Source of the DNA: Thermoplasmata archaeon
Lineage (GTDB): Archaea; Thermoplasmatota; Thermoplasmata; Lutacidiplasmatales; UBA184
Direction: 5' to 3'
DNA: 64,000 nt
NCBI GenBank assembly: GCA_021796385.1
Contig: JAJYXQ010000043.1
Span: forward strand, 137,652-201,651
In this document: positions 35,971-44,761 of the stretch, one piece after another
How the letters are laid out: each line of letters opens with the position of its first letter
Position numbering within the stretch: position 1 is the first letter of the stretch
Notes under the pieces: generated by a model
Database searches by the model: none
What the model saw: the letters and a program-made list of their open reading frames with translations, nothing else
Told to the model about the DNA's origin: nothing
Translations under genes and position numbers: made by a program

Positions 35971-36915
35971 ATGTCGACACGCGCGGCGGTCACCACGTTT
36001 CTCCCTCGGTCCGAGGAGGTCATCGCGGCGACCCGGGAGTGGGAACGGGGACGCCGGAGCCGGGAGGATGTGGATGCGCTCTATGCTCGGTGGACCCAGA
36101 CCGTCCTGCAGTTCGAGCGGGAACAAGGGTTTGCCTGGTGCACCGGAGGCCACCTCGCCTGGCAAGACCTCTTACGCCCTCTGGTGGAATCGTCCGACGG
36201 GATTGTGCCGGGGGCCCTTACCCGCTGGTTCGAGACGAACTCCTTCTACCGCCGGCCTGTGGTGGAGAAGCTCCCTTCACTGGATGCCGGGAAGATCTCT
36301 CGGATGGTCCCCTCCGCAGATCCCGATCTCACGGTCATCCTGCCCGGACCTTGGACCTTCACGGGGCTCTCGGAGAATCGCACGGGTCAGGGAGAGTCCG
36401 CGGTGGCGAGGAGCCTAGCCCGATATCTCCGAGAAGCGGTCGATGCTTTGTCCCGCGCCGGGGTGAAGCGATTCCTCCTCCACGAGCCTCTCCTTGCGTA
36501 CACGGGGGAGGCCCCGGAGGACGAATTGCGGGAGCTCTACCGGGTCGTCACCGGGGGGCGCCCCCCAAGCGAGTTCCTGCTCTGGACATATTTCGGTAAT
36601 GGCACCTGGCTTCTCCCCGAAGCCCCAAAGCTCGGCGTATCTCTCGTCGGCGTCGATCTCAGCGAGACTCCGCTCCAAGACCTGACCGGGTCCGCCCTAC
36701 CGCCCGGTTCCTCCATCGGGCTGGGATGCATCGACCCCCGCACCTCCTTGACCGAGGACCCGAAGGACCTCGATCGATTGGTGAAGGACGTGGAAGCGGC
36801 ACTCCATCCCGGGACCCTCCTTCTCGGTCCCGCGGCGCCGATGGACCTCCTTCCTTGGGACACCGCCCGGGAGAAACTGGCCGTGTTGCGTCCGTTCGCG
36901 GGAGGCACGTCCTGA
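35971..36915 (+). CDS. Split cobalamin-independent methionine synthase, N-terminal (non-catalytic) half
   Basis: G.L.WQDLLRP, RWFETNSFYRRP, LPGPWTF, HEP; lacks zinc ligands. Confidence 0.8.
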   Translation: MSTRAAVTTFLPRSEEVIAATREWERGRRSREDVDALYARWTQTVLQFEREQGFAWCTGGHLAWQDLLRPLVESSDGIVPGALTRWFETNSFYRRPVVEKLPSLDAGKISRMVPSADPDLTVILPGPWTFTGLSENRTGQGESAVARSLARYLREAVDALSRAGVKRFLLHEPLLAYTGEAPEDELRELYRVVTGGRPPSEFLLWTYFGNGTWLLPEAPKLGVSLVGVDLSETPLQDLTGSALPPGSSIGLGCIDPRTSLTEDPKDLDRLVKDVEAALHPGTLLLGPAAPMDLLPWDTAREKLAVLRPFAGGTS

Positions 36916-36917
36916 AC

Positions 36918-38054
36918 ATGCCGACGCTTCCCATCCTCCCGACGCAGGAGGTCGGTTCCCTCCGAAAGCCCTACTGGATGGTCGAAGGGGCAAGGGGAGG
37001 AAAGCTCTCCGAGGGTGCGCTCCGGGAATTGGAGTCTCACCTCCAAAAGGTCCCGTTCAGTGATGCTTCGAGCCAACCATTTATCGAGCGGTGGAGAAAG
37101 GGGTCCGCGGCGGAGGTTTCCCCCGATGTGGTTCGGGAGGTCGGATCGCTCTTTGGTCTCCGGTTCCTCGAGACCGCGGGGCTCGATCTCGTCTACGACG
37201 GCGAGATGCGACGGGTCGAGATGTACGAGTATCCGATCCAACATTCCTCGGGCTTCCGTTTCTTGGGCCATGTCCGGTCCTTCGACAACAAGTACTACCG
37301 GAAGGCCGCCTGCGTGGGCGAGGTTGGGCTGAAGGCCCCGTATCATTTGGAGGAGTTCAGCTTCGTGAAGGATCACACGCAACGGGTGCCCAAGGTCCCG
37401 ATCACCGGAGCCTATACCCTCGCGGACTGGTCGTGGAACGAGTATTACCTGCGCCAACAACCGGGTTGGAAAGGACCCAAGGAGCGCCGGGCCGCCCAGC
37501 GTGAGTTCGTGGTGGATATCGCCCGGAAGATCATCCGGCCCACCCTGAAGGCGCTCGTGGAAAAGGGGGCGAAGGTCCTCCAGATCGACGAGCCCGCCGC
37601 CGGAACCCATCCCGAGGAGACCGCCCTCGTCGTCGAGTCGTTCAACGAGTCCACCGTCGGTATCGATGCGAAGCTCGTGATGCACATCTGCTTCTCGGAT
37701 TACAACTCCCTCTTCCCAGGCATGCTGGAGGCCAAGAACTGCCGTCAGTTCCTCCTCGAGTTCGCCAACCGCGACGTCGAGGGGAGGGATGGGTACGAGG
37801 ACCTCGGGCTCTTTGAGGATGTGAACGACGGCCGGGAGGTCGGGGTCGGTGTCCTCGACATCCATCGAGACATCATCGAGACCCCGGAGATCGTGAAGGA
37901 GCGTATCCTCAAGGCGGTGCATCGGCTCAAGGATCCCGCCCGGGTCTATGTCAACCCCGACTGCGGTCTGCGCACCCGCTCCCTTGACGTGTCCTGGCAG
38001 AAGCTCGTCAACATGGTGAAGGGAACCGAGCTCGCTCGGGAAGCGCTCGCCTGA
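36918..38054 (+). CDS. metE: Split cobalamin-independent methionine synthase, catalytic half
   Basis: TQEVGSLRKP, DGE.RR.EM, LQIDEPA, zinc ligands HIC, E and NPDCGLRT. Confidence 0.9.
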   Translation: MPTLPILPTQEVGSLRKPYWMVEGARGGKLSEGALRELESHLQKVPFSDASSQPFIERWRKGSAAEVSPDVVREVGSLFGLRFLETAGLDLVYDGEMRRVEMYEYPIQHSSGFRFLGHVRSFDNKYYRKAACVGEVGLKAPYHLEEFSFVKDHTQRVPKVPITGAYTLADWSWNEYYLRQQPGWKGPKERRAAQREFVVDIARKIIRPTLKALVEKGAKVLQIDEPAAGTHPEETALVVESFNESTVGIDAKLVMHICFSDYNSLFPGMLEAKNCRQFLLEFANRDVEGRDGYEDLGLFEDVNDGREVGVGVLDIHRDIIETPEIVKERILKAVHRLKDPARVYVNPDCGLRTRSLDVSWQKLVNMVKGTELAREALA

Positions 38055-38137
38055 ACGGGCCGTGAGCAGGTTACAGCCGGACCGCATGCCCGAGTCCGCG
38101 CACCTCGGACTGAGGGGCCCAAGAATGGGAGCCACGC

Positions 38138-40162
38138 ATGGGGATTGATCCCTTCCTGCTAGAGGCCGAGTCCCTTCTCTTCTTCTTGGCTTTCCTCCCT
38201 TTGGGGGACCTTGCGATACGCTTCTTAGCTCGCCTCCTTCATCGGACGCTCCTCCTCACCCCTTTGGAACGAGCCCTTTCGGCCTTCTTTGCCACAGGAG
38301 GCATCCTCTATGCCGTGGCATACGTACCCGGCGGGGTCTTCTATCCGGTCACCGTCCTCGGACTCCTCACTTTAGGAGGGATCGGGTGGGCCGGGCTGTA
38401 CGGCCTTCAGGTCTCCCGTGGGGTGCAACGGCTCTGGACGGACGTGGGGTCGTGGGACCCAAGCACGGTGCGCCTGCTCATCGTGTTCCTGACCACGATC
38501 GCCCTGCTCACCTTCGAGTGCTTCCTGTTCGCCTCCCAGGTCGCTCCCAACACTTTCGATGGGAGCATGCAGGTCGATTTCCAAATGGTCCTTTTGCACA
38601 CCCATGCCGCCGCCCACACCCTTGAGCCGTTCGCCCCGATGGGGGTCACATACCCCCAGGGTTCCCCCGTGCTCTTCGCCACGGCCTCGATCCTCCTGGG
38701 GTGGCCGGTGCTCCTCACTCCGGTGTACCTCATTCCGCTGTACCTTGCGCTCTTCCTCCCTGCAGCGTATGTCTGGGTCCGGAGGGTCTGGGGAGCGAAG
38801 GGAGAGCCCTTCGGCGTCCTCTTCGTGGTGTTCTTGGCCGGCGTTGAGACCTGGCCCCGCTTCCTCGTCGGCGGGTCGTATGATTTTCTCATGGCGCTTC
38901 CCCTCTTCATCCTTACGTTGGGACTTTCGGAACGCGTGGTCCCACTGCGCCGGGGTAATGATGCGCTCCTCCTAGGGATCGCGTGCGGGATCATGGCGGC
39001 GCTATCGTTGGTCGCCGCGGAGGCCTTCATCGCCACCATCGGACTCTTGACGCTCTATCGGTTGCGGACTCGATGGGCAACCGCCGTGTCCGCCATCGGA
39101 GGATTGGCACTCTCCGCAGGCATCAGCGGGATCTTCATACTGCCTAGCATCCTTGGCACCATTACCTGGTGGAGCTATCCTCAACACGTCCTGACACCCT
39201 CGGGCGGCGGCGCGATTCCGACCACCACCGTTCCCGAGTCGCTCGTATCTCAGATCCCGACCCTGCTCGACCCCTTCCTTTTCCGGCCCGAAGACGTCTG
39301 GCTCTCCCCCTTTCCTGCCCTCAAAGCGGTACTGGCCCTGCTCTTGCTCTTCGGGCTCGTCATCGTGGCGCTCGATCAGTGGCGGGTCGTACCCTGGAGC
39401 GCGACGCGCATCTCCCGGGCCTTCTTGGACCAGGTGGCTGCGATTGGCATCGCATCGGGAGCCCTGATCTTGGCCGGGGTCGGGGTTGCGGGATTTCTCA
39501 CCACGGGCTACGTTCCGACGAACCTGACCGAACTCTCCATCATCCTTTTCGCAGGTTATGGGATCCTCGCCGCGTTCCCAACGTACTGGGCGTGGCGATG
39601 GTTGGGCACGTCACGCAAGCGAGACCCACGCGCGCATCCCTTCCTGGCCTTTCTCGCCGCAACGCTTCTTGCCGTGCCTTTGGCCACCGGGATGGTTGTA
39701 ACGGCAACCTCAGCGCCCACCTACCTATCGACCCTGCAAGGGGAATTGGCGAACGTTTCCCCCGCGGACCTGGCCACCCTCCAATGGGCGGGTGCCCACC
39801 TCCCCTCCTGCTCGACCGTTCTCGTCGCCCCAGGTTCCGCGGGACAATTCCTGCCCGCATATGGATCCATTCACTTGGATTTCCCGATGGACCCGGGCCC
39901 GAGGAACTCGAGCTACACATTGGCCGTTGACAACCTCGTCAATGGCACGCTGACGAACGAGACGCTCCGCGCGCTGCAAACGCTCAGCATAACCGAGGTC
40001 TTTGTCACCGGGCAGAGCAACGTGCTCTGGAAACCCCTGTTGCCACTTCCCTTCGAAGAGGACCCTGGGACCTTCCCCCAGGTCTTCCACCCCTCGGGTT
40101 CGGATGCCTACATCTTCGAGTACGAACCTGTGGCGACAAGTACCGGCTGCGTGCCAGCCTGA
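38138..40162 (+). CDS. Large polytopic membrane protein, possible GT-C-type glycosyltransferase
   Basis: 13 or more hydrophobic segments, loop with D and YPQG, soluble C-terminal domain D...LQW....LP. Confidence 0.6.
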   Translation: MGIDPFLLEAESLLFFLAFLPLGDLAIRFLARLLHRTLLLTPLERALSAFFATGGILYAVAYVPGGVFYPVTVLGLLTLGGIGWAGLYGLQVSRGVQRLWTDVGSWDPSTVRLLIVFLTTIALLTFECFLFASQVAPNTFDGSMQVDFQMVLLHTHAAAHTLEPFAPMGVTYPQGSPVLFATASILLGWPVLLTPVYLIPLYLALFLPAAYVWVRRVWGAKGEPFGVLFVVFLAGVETWPRFLVGGSYDFLMALPLFILTLGLSERVVPLRRGNDALLLGIACGIMAALSLVAAEAFIATIGLLTLYRLRTRWATAVSAIGGLALSAGISGIFILPSILGTITWWSYPQHVLTPSGGGAIPTTTVPESLVSQIPTLLDPFLFRPEDVWLSPFPALKAVLALLLLFGLVIVALDQWRVVPWSATRISRAFLDQVAAIGIASGALILAGVGVAGFLTTGYVPTNLTELSIILFAGYGILAAFPTYWAWRWLGTSRKRDPRAHPFLAFLAATLLAVPLATGMVVTATSAPTYLSTLQGELANVSPADLATLQWAGAHLPSCSTVLVAPGSAGQFLPAYGSIHLDFPMDPGPRNSSYTLAVDNLVNGTLTNETLRALQTLSITEVFVTGQSNVLWKPLLPLPFEEDPGTFPQVFHPSGSDAYIFEYEPVATSTGCVPA

Positions 40163-40195
40163 GCGGGCGACCCCAACGTGGGACGCGGGGTGTGC

Positions 40196-40573
40196 CTATG
40201 CGTCCGCTTCGTCCTTGTCGCCCTCGTGGTAGTCGTCGTCCTTCGACTCCGAACTGGACGTGGACTCGCTCTCGTCATCCTTCGAGGAAGATCCCTCTTC
40301 CGCTTCCTCCTCAGAGGTCACGGCGGGACCGCCTTTCCGGCCAAAGAGCATGAAGTAGAGCAGGCCAGCCACGATGATCGCGATAACGACCCCAATGATT
40401 GCATAGTCCACCACGGGGAGCCCAGTGGTGTTGGTCGGAGTAGTGTACTGCGTTTGAGCCGGCACGGTGCCGGCGCTCACGGACGTGCCCTCGAAGGAGG
40501 CCCAAAGAATGAACACGACCATGGCGATTCCCAAGCCCACACCAATGCTCTTGCGCAAGTTCGCAGATTGCAT
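40196..40573 (-). CDS. Small membrane protein with Thr-rich loop and acidic tail
   Basis: Two hydrophobic segments, GRK stop-transfer, E/D/S-rich tail. Confidence 0.65.
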   Translation of the reverse strand: MQSANLRKSIGVGLGIAMVVFILWASFEGTSVSAGTVPAQTQYTTPTNTTGLPVVDYAIIGVVIAIIVAGLLYFMLFGRKGGPAVTSEEEAEEGSSSKDDESESTSSSESKDDDYHEGDKDEADA

Positions 40574-41162
40574 GATGAGATATGAGCAAAGGATGTATTT
40601 AATTCTTCGTGCTCGATTGGCAAGGGCATTCGACAATTTGGACGTTCGCGGTTAGTCGTCTTGCAACGACTTGAGCTACGGGAGCTTTGAACATGAAGTA
40701 ATGTCGCAAAGTATTGGATGTATGCACACGAGAACCCACTAATGTCTGGGCATCTGGATTAGACGGTCCGTTGGAGCGATGTATCCCATAGACGCGAACG
40801 GCTAAGGAGCGCACTCTCCCCAAAACCTCGCGATTTACAACATGGCATCATGGAGAAAAAAGATGCTGCAGCCCAACCTTTTTGCTAAGATTCCCCGGAA
40901 TGGAAGGGGAGGGAACCTGCCCAAAAGTTCAATGGATTTATTCTTCAGGATCATACTTGCGCCCGTTACTTTGCTACAGAGCCGACCCAATATATCGCCG
41001 GAAGAGATGCCAGTCGTCATAATGAAATCACTTAGCCCACTACATTATGACGAAATGTAATTTCGTGCGAGACTTTATGTGACGATACGCAATGTTCCGA
41101 TTGAAGCCATTGCGGAAAGTACCATAAAAGGAGCGAACGATAGGATCGAGGGAGGACGGGCG

Positions 41163-41771
41163 ATGGAGAAAGGGTTCGGTGACCATCACCCGCTTCCCGG
41201 CGGCCGCGAACGCTACGAAGTGCGGTTCCATGGGCGCGGCGGTCAAGGGACTGTCGTCGCCTCGGTGTTGTTGGCCGAGGCGGCTTTCCTCGAGGGGCGA
41301 GGAGTACAAGCCTTCCCGTTCTTCGGCGTTGAGCGTAGGGGAGCGCCCGTAGTAGCCTACACACGTATCGGGGAGGGGCCGGTCCGCTTGGGTGGTTCGA
41401 TCACCCAACCGGATGCCCTCGTCGTCATGGATACATCCTTGCTGGTGGGATTGAAGGACACTTGGCGCCAGGGACTTCGCCCCGGAGGCGTCGTCCTCCT
41501 GAACCGTGGCTCGGTCCCTAATAACCTGCGACCGTTGATGGACAGCATACATATCCACCACATCGATGCTGCGACGATCGCTTTGCGTCATCATCTCGGC
41601 TCGGCGGCGAACCCGCTCGTCAACACCGTCGTGCTGGGTGCTTTTGCCCGGGTGACCGGCATCGTCTCGCTTCAAGCCCTCGAAGATGCGGTCCGAACGC
41701 GTATCCCGGGACAGCTCGTGGAGAACCTGGATGCCATGCACGAGGCCTGGGACGAAGTGGAGGAGTCATGA
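41163..41771 (+). CDS. porC: 2-oxoacid:ferredoxin oxidoreductase gamma subunit
   Basis: EVRFHGRGGQG, FGVERRGAP, NT..LGA. Confidence 0.92.
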   Translation: MEKGFGDHHPLPGGRERYEVRFHGRGGQGTVVASVLLAEAAFLEGRGVQAFPFFGVERRGAPVVAYTRIGEGPVRLGGSITQPDALVVMDTSLLVGLKDTWRQGLRPGGVVLLNRGSVPNNLRPLMDSIHIHHIDAATIALRHHLGSAANPLVNTVVLGAFARVTGIVSLQALEDAVRTRIPGQLVENLDAMHEAWDEVEES

Positions 41772-42046
41772 CCGTCAAACTTCACGGCCGGGCCCTCTCA
41801 GAGCCGATGGCCTGGACGTCCACAGCGGAGGACTCCACAGCGGGGAGTTGGCGGAACCAACGACCCCAGCTCATCGAGGCGAAGTGCACGGGATGCAACG
41901 TCTGCTGGAAGTTCTGTCCGGAACCGGCGATCGATATCGTGGGAAAGAAGGTCGCCTTCGACCTGAACGTCTGCAAGGGATGCGGAGTGTGCGCTGAAGT
42001 GTGCGCCCCCGGCGCGATCGAGATGGTCCCGGAGGAGAGCGCATGA
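41768..42046 (+). CDS. porD: 2-oxoacid:ferredoxin oxidoreductase delta subunit
   Basis: GSWR..RP, CTGCNVCWKFCP, CKGCGVCAEVC. Confidence 0.92.
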   Translation: MTVKLHGRALSEPMAWTSTAEDSTAGSWRNQRPQLIEAKCTGCNVCWKFCPEPAIDIVGKKVAFDLNVCKGCGVCAEVCAPGAIEMVPEESA

Positions 42047-43215
42047 CGAAAGCGCTCCTTTCGGGCAATGAAGCCGTAGCCGAAGGGGTCCGTTTGGCCC
42101 GGGCCCAGGTCGTGGCCGCCTACCCGATCACTCCGCAGACCACGATCGTCGAGAAGCTTGCGGAGATGATCGGGGAGCGATCGCTATCGGCCGAGTTCAT
42201 CCCGGTCGAGAGCGAACACTCGGCCATGGCGGCGAGCATCGGTGCGTCTCTCGCGGGGGCCCGCGCCTTCACCGCGACGTCGAGCCAGGGGCTGGCCCTG
42301 ATGCACGAGATGCTCCATTGGGCCTCCGGACAAAGGGTCCCCGTGGTGATGGCCAACGTCAATCGGGCCCTCGCCCCCCCTTGGAACGTATGGGTGGACC
42401 ACACAGATTCGATGGCCCAGAGGGACACCGGCTGGATCCAGATCTACGCCGAGACCAATGAGGAGGTCCTGGCCACGATCCTGCAGGCCTACCGGGTCGC
42501 GGAGGATCCGGAAGTGCTCCTCCCGACGATGGTCATGCTGGACGCCTTCGTTCTCTCGCATACGTACATGCCGGTCGAGATCCCCTCCCAAGAAGCGGTC
42601 GATCAGTTCCTGCCCTCGTACCGCCCCGTGGTTCGGGTCGAGCCCGGGACGATGCAGCTCTTTGGCTCCTTCTCCCCTCCGGACCTCGCCTACATGGAGT
42701 TCCGGCATGACATGGCTTCTGCCATGCAAACCGCCCATAGGAAGCTCATCCAGGCGGGTAGGGACTACGCCCGGGTGTTGGGTGGTCAACCCCTCGGTCC
42801 GATCGATGAGTATCGCACCGAGGATGCCGAGGTGCTCATTGTCGCTCTCGGCTCGCTCGCGGCCGCGGCCCGGGACACGGTGGACGAGTTCCGCCGTGAA
42901 GGGCGCAAGGTCGGCCTGGCGCGCATTCGTGTCTTCCGCCCCTTTCCCGAGGAGGAGATCCGTGCGCTCGGAAGTCGGGTCCAATCCCTCGTTGTGGTCG
43001 AGCGGGCCCACTCGTTTGGCTCGGGGGGCCCGGTCGCGACCGAGGTCCGGTCCGCCCTTTTGGACATCCCGAGCCGCCCCGCTGTCGCCTCGTACATTGC
43101 CGGGCTCGGAGGGCGCGAAGTGACGCCGAGGCATCTGCGAGCCCTGGTGGAGCGTGCGATCCGAAAGGATGTGCCCCGGGAAGCATGGGTGGGTGTGAAG
43201 GAGGTAATTGCGTAG
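42043..43215 (+). CDS. porA: 2-oxoacid:ferredoxin oxidoreductase alpha subunit
   Basis: AYPITPQT, ESEHSA, TATSSQGL, RPFP. Confidence 0.93.
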   Translation: MTKALLSGNEAVAEGVRLARAQVVAAYPITPQTTIVEKLAEMIGERSLSAEFIPVESEHSAMAASIGASLAGARAFTATSSQGLALMHEMLHWASGQRVPVVMANVNRALAPPWNVWVDHTDSMAQRDTGWIQIYAETNEEVLATILQAYRVAEDPEVLLPTMVMLDAFVLSHTYMPVEIPSQEAVDQFLPSYRPVVRVEPGTMQLFGSFSPPDLAYMEFRHDMASAMQTAHRKLIQAGRDYARVLGGQPLGPIDEYRTEDAEVLIVALGSLAAAARDTVDEFRREGRKVGLARIRVFRPFPEEEIRALGSRVQSLVVVERAHSFGSGGPVATEVRSALLDIPSRPAVASYIAGLGGREVTPRHLRALVERAIRKDVPREAWVGVKEVIA

Positions 43216-44217
43216 ATGGCGAAGCTGACGATCCCTTCCGAGGAATACCAAGTGGGCGGCCATGCGGCCTGCCCGGGGTGCGGCGCGGCACTGGCCATGA
43301 GATACCTACTGAAAGGCTTGGGCCCTCAAGCGGTGGTCGTGATCCCGGCGTGTTGCTGGGCCGTCATTCCCGGAGCCATGCCCGGAACGTGCCTGCGGGT
43401 CTCCACGGTGTTCTCCTCCTTTGAATCGACCGCGGCCATGGCCTCGGGGCTCAAGGCCGGACTGCGCCAGACGGGGCGGGGGGATGTCCCGGTGGTCGGG
43501 TTCGCCGGGGACGGGGGAACCGCGGACATCGGGATCCAAGCCCTCTCTGGGGCAGCGGAACGCAACGAGGATTTCCTTTACGTCTGCTACGACAACGAAG
43601 CCTACATGAACACGGGGATCCAGCGCTCGGGAAGCACGCCCGCGTTCTCCTGGACGACCACCACGCCCCATGGCCTGGAGAAACACACGCCCAAGAAGGA
43701 CCTGCCCATGATCCTTGATGCCCATCACATCCCCTACATCGCCACCTTGAACCCGTCCTTCCCGGAGGACTTTGTCGCGAAGGCGACCAAGGCTGCCCGC
43801 TTCAAGGGCACTCGCTATCTCCACGTGCTTGCCGACTGTCCCACGGGCTGGAAGCATGATCCGTCCCAGATGGTCGAAGTGGGACGGCTTGCGACCCTCA
43901 GCCATTACTGGCCCCTGTACGAGATCGACCAGGGCCGGCTCAAGATCACCTGGTCCCCGTCCAACCCCATCCCGGTCGAGAAGTACCTTCGAAGCCAGGG
44001 GCGGTTCAAGAATGTCACCCCGGAGGAGATCGCCCAGATACAGCAAACGGTCGACGAACGCTGGCACGCCCTTCAGGAACGGGCATCCCGAGACCAGAAA
44101 TCGCCCGAACGGATCGAGGTCCAATCCGAGACCCCTGCCTCCTCGGTACCCCACTCGGTGCATCCCGTGTCCGAGACCGTCATCGTTCACCCAAACGAAC
44201 CGTTTCCGTCCAGGTAG
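43216..44217 (+). CDS. porB: 2-oxoacid:ferredoxin oxidoreductase beta subunit
   Basis: ACPGCG, TPP motif GDGG...DNEAYMNTG, CPTGW; substrate (pyruvate vs ketoisovalerate) not determinable. Confidence 0.92.
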   Translation: MAKLTIPSEEYQVGGHAACPGCGAALAMRYLLKGLGPQAVVVIPACCWAVIPGAMPGTCLRVSTVFSSFESTAAMASGLKAGLRQTGRGDVPVVGFAGDGGTADIGIQALSGAAERNEDFLYVCYDNEAYMNTGIQRSGSTPAFSWTTTTPHGLEKHTPKKDLPMILDAHHIPYIATLNPSFPEDFVAKATKAARFKGTRYLHVLADCPTGWKHDPSQMVEVGRLATLSHYWPLYEIDQGRLKITWSPSNPIPVEKYLRSQGRFKNVTPEEIAQIQQTVDERWHALQERASRDQKSPERIEVQSETPASSVPHSVHPVSETVIVHPNEPFPSR

Positions 44218-44422
44218 CAGCGCCGCGTGCAGGGCCTGACTGACCGGGGACATGGAATCTAGTCTTAAATAGGCGGCAAGCTTCGGCCCCCTCGATTTGC
44301 TCCGAGGACAGAGCCATGATGTTCGCGAACATTCCCCCGCCGTTCCCGGCCCGCGACCACGCCCCGGACCGTTCCCGGATGGGGGTCCCGCTCCGCCTCG
44401 GCCACGAGGTTTGAGGTAGACC

Positions 44423-44761
44423 GTGTCAGCCCAAGGTAGAACTTCCCAGGACGCGACGGTCTACATCGGGACGAAACCCGTGATGACGTACGTGTTCGAG
44501 GTGATCGGCCAATTCAGCAGCGGACTCACGGAGGTGCGGATCAAGGCACGCGGGAACTCGATCGCTCACGCCGTCGATGTGGCGGAGGTGGCACGGCGCC
44601 ACAAGATCGTCGAAGGTAAGATCCAGATCAAGAACGTCGCGATCGGCACCGAACGTCTCGTCAACCGGGCGGGAAAGGACACGAACGTCTCGACGATCGA
44701 GATCACATTGTCTCGGATCGGGGAGTTGGGACTGGATGCGGCCCCGAAAGGGCCGGCTTAG
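44423..44761 (+). CDS. albA: DNA/RNA-binding protein Alba
   Basis: VYIG.KPVM.YV, IKARG.SI..AVDVAE, VSTIEI. Confidence 0.95.
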   Translation: MSAQGRTSQDATVYIGTKPVMTYVFEVIGQFSSGLTEVRIKARGNSIAHAVDVAEVARRHKIVEGKIQIKNVAIGTERLVNRAGKDTNVSTIEITLSRIGELGLDAAPKGPA

